From IMG/VR virus record IMGVR_UViG_3300013105_000022, positions 1 to 64,000 of that record: DNA of 64,000 nucleotides; one strand, given 5' to 3'. The notes beneath the pieces are model-generated. The model was given only the letters and a program-made list of their open reading frames with translations, did not search any database and was not told the origin of the DNA. Positions within the stretch are counted from its first letter, which is position 1, and each line of letters starts with the position of its first letter. Shown piece by piece: positions 26,349 through 35,600 of this stretch. Source of the stretch: a virus (Duplodnaviria > Caudoviricetes). The position numbers and the translations under genes were made by a program.

Positions 26349-26759
26349 ATGAGCTACACGAACTCTGAAATTGTCACCGCCGCACTTGCAGGCAAGGATG
26401 CCACCACGAGCACGGGCAACATGAGCACCGAGCACAAGCCTTTCTTCCTGGGCCGTGGACACATGCCCAACGCTCACGCCGAACTCATGCGGAGCCGTCG
26501 CGAGCACATCACGCAGATCATCTACAGCTACGCAACCCCCATCGCGTGGCATGACGATGAGCACGGCTGGATCATCCCCAACGTTCGCTACAGCATCACC
26601 ACGTCGAGCAAGCACCAGACGCATCTGTACCGTCTTCACGGGCGTCACATCACTCTCGCCTGGGATGCCACGCCCGAGGATGCACAGCGCGTGCTGGATG
26701 GCATCATGATTTTCACCACGGACAACCGTGGACACGTCAACGGCATCAAGGCCGCATGA
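26349..26759 (+). CDS. Conserved-looking phage protein (YSYATPIAW..YSITTSSKHQ)
   Basis: SD, early leader. Confidence 0.75.
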   Translation: MSYTNSEIVTAALAGKDATTSTGNMSTEHKPFFLGRGHMPNAHAELMRSRREHITQIIYSYATPIAWHDDEHGWIIPNVRYSITTSSKHQTHLYRLHGRHITLAWDATPEDAQRVLDGIMIFTTDNRGHVNGIKAA

Positions 26760-27741
26760 TGAAAACCCATCTGCTCAAGTTCTACGTCGTGGATGTCGAG
26801 TCAAACACCGCAGTAGCCGCGTTCATGAATGAAACCATCGCCGCATTGTGGGCGCTGGAATACACGGAGAAGACCGGTAGAGAACTCAAGGCGCTACCCG
26901 TTGCATCGGAAACCGTTCTCATCTAGAAAAGTAGCTTGACAGGTTGGTAGTACTCACATAAGATGGGTACTACCAACCAAGGAGGACAACATGAGCATCA
27001 TCGTAGACACTCTCGCAGAACAGATTCGCGACAGCGTGAAGGAGGCAGGAGCCACCCGAGAAGACTGGCAGGCCGCAATGAATCAAGCGTTTTCCAACAC
27101 ACCCCTGGATGTCTGGCTGAAGTTCGACAGTGAGGACGACGACGCACCCACCTATGAGGCGAACACCTACCACATCGAGGATGACCGGTACCGCATCGAG
27201 TGGTACCACGTGGATGTCGGACAGGTGAGCACGAAAGAATTCGACACCTACACCCACGCCATCGCTTGGTATGCGACGAACGGATTCGAGGACTACACAA
27301 GCTGAGAATCATTCTCATCTTGAAAATAGCTTGACACTCACCAAGGAGGCGCGTACTGTTAGTACTACCAACCAAGGAGGACAACATGAGCAAGATTCTC
27401 GCTTTCCGCATCAAGGCAGGCATGACCATCAAGCACCTTGGAGGACCCAAGATCACGGTCGCGGAGGTTCACGACCAAGGGCAGTGGGTGGCCAACGCAT
27501 CGGTTTACGTGACCGGGGAGGATGGCACCAAGTTTGGATTCTCCCGCTACGACGAAATCACAGTTTTCCCGAAGGAGAACTTCGAATAACTCAACAACCA
27601 ACAAGGAAACCCATCGGGTGAGGCTCAAGCGAAAGCTAGCCCCCGGTGGGTTTTCGACGTGTTGTTTACGGATGTAAGCATTGACATTATTTAGAAAATA
27701 GTGTAGGCCCCCATTCACAGGTTTGCTGTAACGTAGTTCAC

Positions 27742-27981
27742 ATGAGAGATACGTCACCGCCTAAATTGTCCGTCTCACTGGCCCTGGAAGGGCTCTCTGA
27801 GGTCGTAGAAGAGATTGAACAGCTAGAGACCCGTCTAGTCAATTTGAGGGCCGCACGCGACGATATCCTGATTGACGCTTACGGGCATGTGCCGGTCACC
27901 AAGCTAGCCCGCATGGCCAAGCTGAGCCGTGAGCGAGTGAGCAAGATTTGCAGTGCAGTGGTTAGACCGCGCCAGGACTGA
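27742..27981 (+). CDS. HTH DNA-binding protein
   Basis: VPVTKLARMAKLSRERVSKI. Confidence 0.7.
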   Translation: MRDTSPPKLSVSLALEGLSEVVEEIEQLETRLVNLRAARDDILIDAYGHVPVTKLARMAKLSRERVSKICSAVVRPRQD

Positions 27982-27997
27982 GGCGTATACATAGACC

Positions 27998-28924
27998 ATG
28001 CTTAGTCACATCGCCATCAGGAACTATCAGAGCCTTGGGGACATCTCCCTAGACCTCAAGCCCTTTACGGTGATTGTTGGGCCGTCGAGCAGTGGCAAGA
28101 GCGCGTTCACCCGAGCACTGAAGACACTCACGAGTAACCAACGTGGAGACTCATTCGTGACTCACGGTGAGACGCAGACAGTCATCAAGGCAACCACTGA
28201 TCGCGGTACCGTTGCTCTGCTTCGAGGTAAGAAGAATGAGTATGTGCTGATCCCTGAAGGGGACACCACACAACAGCAGTCATTCACGAAGTTGAACGCC
28301 ACGGTACCCGAGGAGGTCACGGCATTCTTGGGCATCCCTGCCGGTGATGCACTCAACTACGCTGACCAGTTCGACATGCCCTACATGCTCAAGCGCAGTG
28401 GCGGAGATGTGGCGCGCGAGCTTGGAGCACTCACTAACGTGTCTGTCATCTTCGAGGCATCGAGGGAGGCGAACAGGCGAGCGCGTGGAGCATCAGCAAC
28501 ACTGAAGACACGTGCCAGTGACTACGCAGGCCTGACCGTAAATCTTGATCGCTACAAGAGCTTGAAGGACGACCAGCAGGCCTTGACATCAGCGCAGGAG
28601 CAGTTGAAGCAGGCCAAGGAGTTGGCAACAAGAATTCAGCGCCTTGACATGCTGATCGCCAAGCTGACCAGCGCCCCCGAGGTACCCGAGGCAAGAACCC
28701 TCCCAAGCACCGAGGATGTGGAGACCATCAGTGCACAGGTACAGCAGTTGTCGAGTCTCATCAGGAAGGCACAGCAGGCACAGGGCACCATCGAGAACAG
28801 CATCGATGACAGCGCTAAGGCATACCTGATTCGCGAGCAGGCAGAGGAAGAGTACGCGGAAGCACTGAGGGATGCCGGTACCTGCCCAACGTGCAGACAG
28901 AGCACCCATGACATCCATTCATGA
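27998..28924 (+). CDS. SbcC/Rad50-like ATPase, N-terminal half
   Basis: IRNYQSL, GPSSSGKS Walker A, Q-loop (DQFD), coiled coil, terminal CPTC zinc hook. Confidence 0.8.
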   Translation: MLSHIAIRNYQSLGDISLDLKPFTVIVGPSSSGKSAFTRALKTLTSNQRGDSFVTHGETQTVIKATTDRGTVALLRGKKNEYVLIPEGDTTQQQSFTKLNATVPEEVTAFLGIPAGDALNYADQFDMPYMLKRSGGDVARELGALTNVSVIFEASREANRRARGASATLKTRASDYAGLTVNLDRYKSLKDDQQALTSAQEQLKQAKELATRIQRLDMLIAKLTSAPEVPEARTLPSTEDVETISAQVQQLSSLIRKAQQAQGTIENSIDDSAKAYLIREQAEEEYAEALRDAGTCPTCRQSTHDIHS

Positions 28925-29630
28925 GAGGCCCGCACTCACACCAGCGCAGTACACCAAGAGGCTCATTGAGCAAGCCAAAGAACGCGCCGCACTGGAGGAG
29001 TGGGAAGAGTACGAACAAGAAAACAGAGCACAGCTTGCCATCCTGAGAGGTCGAGAACATCGGCCTATCACTCATGGCATGAGTGGATACCGGCGAGGAT
29101 GCCGCTGTGATGAGTGCAAGGCATCCCGTGCGCAGTATGCACGTGAGTGGAGAGCACGACAGCCGAAGAGGGAGAAGCCCGAACCTCAAGGCATGAAGGA
29201 TCGAACTCTCAAGGAGTGGATGCACGGATCACAGACAGGATACGTGTATGGGTGTCGCTGTGACAGGTGTCGTGAAGCGTGGAGAGTATCAAGGCCTAAG
29301 AGCAACACCAAGCACGGAACCGAGTATGGATACCGGAAGGGTTGCCGGTGCAGATCATGCGTCAAGGCTGAGAGAGATGCACGATACCGAAGACTAGGAC
29401 GAACACCGCCCCGAGTATCGAAACGACCACATGGAACACGTGCGAAGTACAGCGCTGGATGCAGATGTAGTAAATGCAAACTGGCCAATCGTGAGTACAC
29501 ACGTGAGCGTAGAGCAAGGGAGAAACGACATGCAGAAGTATCCCAGTCACGGGAGAACAGCACAGCGCAGACAGTCACGCATCCCGACGTGTTGCCGGTC
29601 GAGGTTGGGCACAATCAAGAAACGCTTTGA
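28908..29630 (+). CDS. Basic protein with four HG...Y..GCRC..C Zn-finger repeats
   Basis: Repeats visible in the translation. Confidence 0.7.
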   Translation: MTSIHERPALTPAQYTKRLIEQAKERAALEEWEEYEQENRAQLAILRGREHRPITHGMSGYRRGCRCDECKASRAQYAREWRARQPKREKPEPQGMKDRTLKEWMHGSQTGYVYGCRCDRCREAWRVSRPKSNTKHGTEYGYRKGCRCRSCVKAERDARYRRLGRTPPRVSKRPHGTRAKYSAGCRCSKCKLANREYTRERRAREKRHAEVSQSRENSTAQTVTHPDVLPVEVGHNQETL

Positions 29631-29748
29631 CACTGAGAAGGAAGCCCGCGCAAAGGCCCGTGAGTATGAAGGTAAGTACGACGTGTACCCATGCAGAACG
29701 GGCGAGGGATACCACATCAGGACACACAGAGACAGGAACGAGAAATGA
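29530..29748 (+). CDS. Small hypothetical protein (KKRF..EKEA..YPC..GEGYH)
   Basis: GGAG SD; coupled to the downstream gene. Confidence 0.55.
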   Translation: MQKYPSHGRTAQRRQSRIPTCCRSRLGTIKKRFDTEKEARAKAREYEGKYDVYPCRTGEGYHIRTHRDRNEK

Positions 29749-30858
29749 GCTACCTGACAACCGAGGCTGAGCAGGAAGTCCAATACCATCCTTTGAAGGC
29801 TCAAGCATATGCGGCCATCGCTCAAGCCAAGGCACTGGAGCGCATCGCAGATATCTTGGATGAGGGATTGAAGGTCAGATCATGACACTCAGGGATGAGA
29901 TTGCAGTGCATCTGTACATGGAATCAAAGATCACCATGCGACGACACTACGGCGAAGACCTTTTGCCTACGTGGAGCAAGTTGGGACCGTTTCAACAGAA
30001 CATGTATTTGAGGATGGCTGACAAGTCAATCGCCCTCATCACTGAGAGGATCAACACATGAAGAAGATCACTGAAGAGGAAGTGTACCAACTCAGTAAGT
30101 GGGCGTATCAAGACTCACAGGGACAGACAGTCATCCCCTGGGGATTGGTCAAGTATTGGTACGCGGCACGAGACGACGTGGAGGAGACAGATGCCTAAGC
30201 AGTGGCGAGGCATGATGCCAGATGGAACCCCGGCTACCCCCTGGTTCGACATCTTGCCTGAAGATGCCACCGAGGAAGAGACTCAAGCACAGATCAAGAA
30301 ACAGCGTGAGCAATACGAGGAATGGCACAAGGATGATTGAAGTACACCTGGATCATGGGTATGACCTCCCCGAGGATGAGCCAACACCAGAGCTTAAGAA
30401 GTTCCACACTGACCCTATGGATATCCCGTGGTTCCGTGACGCTGTAGAAGAATCCTGGAGAGTCATGGAAGAGACACCAGAACAGTCACGCCCGGAAGGA
30501 TTCAAGAAATGATGGATGACGAATACTCTCGCCCCGTATGGGAGACAGAACCCCCGGCCTACATCACCATCACACAAGAAGAGTATGACGAACTGATTGC
30601 TGACCGAGATGAGCTATCGCGGCTGTATGCCAATGGTGTGGATAGCTGGGAAGGATACGCACAGTGAGCAGGATAAGGGAATGGATTGATCGAGTACTCA
30701 TCGTACATTCTCCCCCTATGACATCCATAGGATCACGTGGAGCAACATACATCGGGCATAACTCACCACGTGCTGAAGAGGTAGAGAAATACCGTAGTAG
30801 GCCTATTTCGCACGAGAATGCCCCTCATCCCGACCTCAAGAATTCCCAGGAGAACAGT

Positions 30859-31560
30859 ATGACCCCCACACATGGATTCATCCCTACCCACGCTTTCACA
30901 CCCACAGACACGCCACTAGTACAGCTAGCACCCCTCATCGGTCTAGGGGGGAAGCTACGTGCAGGCAAGGATGCCGTAGGCGATTACCTGGAAGAGCACC
31001 ACGGGTACACCAAGCTGGGCATGAGTGACGCCCTGAATGAAGCGCTACTAGCCCTGAACCCCTACATCCCCCTAGTGGAGCTTGGGGGGCAGAGTGTGCG
31101 CTACAGGGACTTGCATGACCGCGTGGGATACGTGGAGGCTAAGAAGCACCCTGAGGTTCGCAGGCTATTGCAGATTCTGGGCACTGAAGTGGGCAGGGAG
31201 ATGATTGACCCGGATGTGTGGGTGAACATCGCAGTGCGTAGGATCACTGAGCTTCGACAGGCGGGTGTGCCGGTAGTCATCACGGCTGTACGCTTCCCTA
31301 ACGAGGTAGAAATGATTAGGAGGCTCGGAGGTACCACTGTATGGATTGAGAGGCCTACAGAGGCGCGTACGGACGCACAGGGGGATATCCTGACCCATGC
31401 GAGCGAGACCAGCGTGAGTGAAGAGCTATTCGATACTGTCATCCACAATGATTCGACGCTGGACAGGCTCTACGGCTTGGTCGAGACATTTCTAGAACTG
31501 ACTACCCCGAAGGGTGGCCATGAGCTACCGGACAGGTTCGGGAGCAATGTGACAAGCTGA
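30859..31560 (+). CDS. Deoxynucleoside monophosphate kinase
   Basis: GKLRAGKD P-loop, RRLLQILGTEVGR, VRFPNE, HASE. Confidence 0.88.
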   Translation: MTPTHGFIPTHAFTPTDTPLVQLAPLIGLGGKLRAGKDAVGDYLEEHHGYTKLGMSDALNEALLALNPYIPLVELGGQSVRYRDLHDRVGYVEAKKHPEVRRLLQILGTEVGREMIDPDVWVNIAVRRITELRQAGVPVVITAVRFPNEVEMIRRLGGTTVWIERPTEARTDAQGDILTHASETSVSEELFDTVIHNDSTLDRLYGLVETFLELTTPKGGHELPDRFGSNVTS

Positions 31561-31572
31561 TAGGAGCTTGAC

Positions 31573-31652
31573 TGAGCATAATGACAAGGAGGGCAGTGAA
31601 TTACCCTAGGGCTGGAAGCTAGACCAGGGCAGTTTGCTTGTCATTATGCTCA
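31573..31652. repeat. Perfect 16-bp inverted repeat
   Basis: TGAGCATAATGACAAG / CTTGTCATTATGCTCA, intergenic. Confidence 0.75.
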
Positions 31653-32419
31653 ATTTGGGGCTAGGGGTTGACATCTCTAGCCCCTTTCGCGTACCTTGGG
31701 GAGTACCAACCAAGGAGCACACCATGATTACCAGCATCGCAACCGTCTACCTAGGATCACAGTTGATTCTCAACAACGTGGTTCCTGAGGTCACCTACAA
31801 CGTGTATGGTGTCCCTGTTTCTATTCTCGGAGAGGCTTGACCATCATGGCACACACGCTTTCGACAGCATCCACCCTGGCAGTGGGAGACTGGATCATCG
31901 ATCCTGAGACGAACACCTTTCAGCGGATCGAGGAGATTCGGGATTTGCCAGGTACGGACGTGGAGGGCGCATCGCGTTTCATCCGGCACACGGGTGGACT
32001 CATCGCTACGTACGCATGTGAGCAAATCGCGGTACAGGCCTAGAAAAGTTTCTTGAAAAAGGGGTTGACACGTCCTAGGGAGGGTGCGTAAGGTAGGTAC
32101 TACCAACCAAGGAGGCACCAAATGTTTCGCATCAAGGCTCACAACCCGTTCGGACTCGACTACGACCTCACGTTCGATGACAAGGGGCAGGCCGCACGAC
32201 AGCTTGCACACCTTGCCGCACGTGGAGCCGAGAACATCACCCTCAACGACATCCCCTGGGGAGAGTGAGAATCATGAGCGGAGAGGCTGACGACCTGGAC
32301 GACCGCGAAGGTTGGTTTTGGGATCGAGTGATGGGGGAGTAACAAGAATTTGGGGACAGGGTGAACCGAAGCCCGGAAGGGCTGGAGGGGTTAAACCGAC
32401 AGCGCCTGTGATTCGGCTT

Positions 32420-32523
32420 GGAAAAAGGGCAGGGTTGGTGTAACCCCGATCCCTTAGGTTGGTTTACAGTTGAGGCCCCGTTGCCATACCTACAGCTTAG
32501 TGTGGCCGTGCGCTATCTGTCAA
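32420..32523 (-). ncRNA. Putative ~70-nt minus-strand small RNA with its promoter and terminator
   Basis: TTGACA(32523-18)-N18-TAAGCT, only a 7-codon ORF, then hairpin + U5. Confidence 0.45.
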
Positions 32524-32617
32524 GAGGGAATCTCAAGAAACTTTTCTGAGATTGGGGGTTGCGCTCGCCGCATGACCCGTGTCATACTGGGGGTACACAC
32601 CAACCAAGGAGCACGTC

Positions 32618-35600
32618 ATGGAAATCTTCCTCACCATCATCACCATCCTCGCAGTGTTCGGCGTGTTCGCCCTTGGAGCGGCCATCATGGAGGCCCTGGA
32701 CATCCCCGGCATCATCGTCACGGGAGGCCTGGTTATCCTCGCCATCGTGGCCCTGGCCGGTGTCTTCCCCCTCATCTGGGGCGCAGGATACTTCGGGATT
32801 GCCTAACCATGTACAGCCCCCCGCCTTTCCCTCCGACCGACCTGGAGCGACTTATCAACATGGGCTACACCGAGGAGTACGCCCGCGAAGTACTGAAGCA
32901 GAAGGAGGCTTGACCCATGTACAGCCTTGAAGCCCTTATCTCGTTTATCGCCTACACCGCCGTAGCCGTGGCCCTCATCTGGGCTATCGGCTGGGCACTG
33001 ACCCGGAGGTTCGACAAGTGACCATCACCATGACCAAGAAAATCCGTATCTTCGGATTCTGGATCACCTACAGCCGTACCACTCTCATCCCCTACCCGGA
33101 GGCCTGAATCATGTTCTACGTCATCATTCAAACCCACGTGTGGGAAGCCATCTACGGACCCTTTGAGACCGTACAGGAGGCCCTTGAGGAGAAGAGCCGC
33201 CTGATCGACAGCTACCCGCACGTGGTCGCCCGCGTAGTCGCAGAAATCGCCTAGGAGGCCTGACATGTACACCATCACCCACAAGCACACCTTGACCCCC
33301 GTAGGCGGCGCACAGAAGGTCGCTACCGTCGAGGAGGCGGAGGCCATCGTCATCTTCGCAAGGGTGGCCCTGGGGGAAGACCTGACCTACGTCAAGGACG
33401 AACCCACGCCCGAGCAGGAGGCAGAACACGCCCGTCTGCTCAAGGCCCTTCAGAGCGCCCGTAACTACAGCTACGAGGCCAACATGGGTGACTACAGCAT
33501 GGCGAGCATCAAGCATGCCAAGGCGCAGGTAGACGCCGCTAAGCAGGCCCTGATCGACGCAGGATACGAGGTTCCGACATGGTAAGGGACTTCGACTGGG
33601 CACTGTGGGCGAAGAACTTCCCCGTCAAGGTGGAACGTGAAGCCGCAGTAGCAGGGATGCCCGCAGGTATCAGCATCACCCGCGCAGGGCAGAGCGTATT
33701 CTTGAGCATGGAGGAGCTTTCCGCCATCGTGTGGACCGAGGAGAAGGTACCCCCGAAGCTGGACCCCTTTCCCCTGAACACCTACACGGGCAAGTTCGAC
33801 CCTCGCCCGGAGTACTCACAGAACCCGGAGGACTACAAGTGACCGTACACGACGACCTGACGCTCATTCGCCGGGAGTTGGCTATCACGGGTACAGACGA
33901 AGCTTGGGAGGCCCTGAAGCGGCTTGAGAAGGCCGTAGAGGAGCTTTCCAATGCGGCACGTAACGCCATCGGAGCACTGATCGCAGAACCGGAGCCGGTC
34001 TACGAGTACGGGGTAAAGTACTCACTCTCTCTGGAGGCGCACGGGGAGGGCAAGTTCGGCTACTACTGGGCACCGAGCTACAGCCATGCACGAGAGGATG
34101 CACAGGACTCGGGTAGCACCGTAGTACGCCGCACCAAGGCCGGACCCTGGGAAGAGGTCAAGTAATGTTCCGTTTCTGGTACTTCGATCCGGGCTACATC
34201 TCCCATACACACCGTGCCGTCACCGCAGGAGACGTGCGTACCATGACAGCCTGGACCCCACTTGGACCGGGCGAGTACATCATCTACGAGAGCTAAGGAA
34301 ACAAGATTATGGCAAGCAACATCGTACGCCCCGACGCACAAGGCCGGGTTAGCCTGGCACGGTTCGGAGTACAGCCGGGGCAGACGTTCAGCATGTACGT
34401 CGAGCAGAACGGGCGTATCCACCTGACCCCCGTACCCGAGGACTGGAAAGAGGAGGACTGACCTATGGCACTGACATGGGAAGAGCGTGACAGCATCGCC
34501 CTGAACCTCATCTGGGATGAGTACGGGGAGTTCGACGGACTGAACAAGGCCATCGCTAGCGGGGAGTTCGACTTCTCTACGGTACGCCGCCTCATCCGTG
34601 AGGGTATCGAGCGTGCACAGGAGGGGGAGAGCGCATGAACGAATATGAGCGTAAGCAGGCTGAGGAGCTTGCAGAGAAGGCCTATCCCTCAAGGCCGTTC
34701 TACGAGACCGGTATCAACCCCTGGCCGCAGTCATTCCGTGACGCCTTTATCGAGGGCTACGAGGCCGCACTGGAGACCGTAGCGCCTACAGAGGGCACGG
34801 CAGAGGAAGCAGAGCGCCTTTTGCACGAGTCCCTGGCACAGAAGCAGGGTGTAGCGACGAACTTCTTGCAGGAGATTCGCCCCGCACACGAGGTCTACGC
34901 GGAGAGGACACGAGGGGCGACCTACAAGGACGGCGTACAGCTTGACCCCAATCGACCGGAACCCCCGTTCCCTGGAGGCCCTACCCTGGACCCCTTGCCT
35001 TGGGTATGTGACTTCCACCCGTATGAGCGCTGGGCATATCCGCCCACATCTAGCCATTTCGAGCCTAGAGATGGCTACTCACAGGAGCGGAAGGACTACA
35101 TGCACAACTCTAGGTGGGACGGAGATAACCCGAATGTCTGAGTACATCGCAGGGAGCGCGGAGGCAGAGGTAGAGCGTATGCGTAGGGTGCTGGACGAAG
35201 CCCTGCCCGCCATCTTCGGAGCATTCGCGGAGTTGGTACCCGAGACCTATGGACGTAGCGGAGACGAGCTTACAGAGCGTGACGTTGCTATCCGGGCGGG
35301 CTACAGCATGGTGCACTACATCGCTAAGGAGATTGCTACCGGCAACGGGCAGGGCATCTACGATCTTCCCAGCGTACTGGACCTCATGAAGACCCTCCGG
35401 AAGGAGCGCGAGGAGAACGGCGTAGCTAGAGCTTGGGACGAGGGGTTCTATGCGGGCGAGTACTACGGCCTTGGTATGAGCCGTGCACCGCAGAACCCCT
35501 ACCTGAGGAAGATGAGAGGCGAAGAATGAAAGTCATCCCGCATCAGAAGCCTACGAAAGGCCCGAGGGTGTACAGAGAACCCAAGCCTAAGCGCTACTGG

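Larger units (their letters stand above)
19630..27589 (+). other. Array of ~30 small early-type genes with many sigma70 promoters
   Basis: Coupled 50-170 aa ORFs; repeated TTGACA-N17/18-TANNNT + TACCAACCAA-GGAG leaders. Confidence 0.8.

Noticed and set aside
32042-32547. 15-bp inverted repeat as MITE or invertible-element ends
   Set aside because: Each copy lies just upstream of an oppositely oriented -35; better explained as a shared promoter-upstream element.
20237-32612. CRISPR array from repeated TACCAACCAA
   Set aside because: Copies are short, irregularly spaced and always lie between a promoter and an SD; no cas operon.
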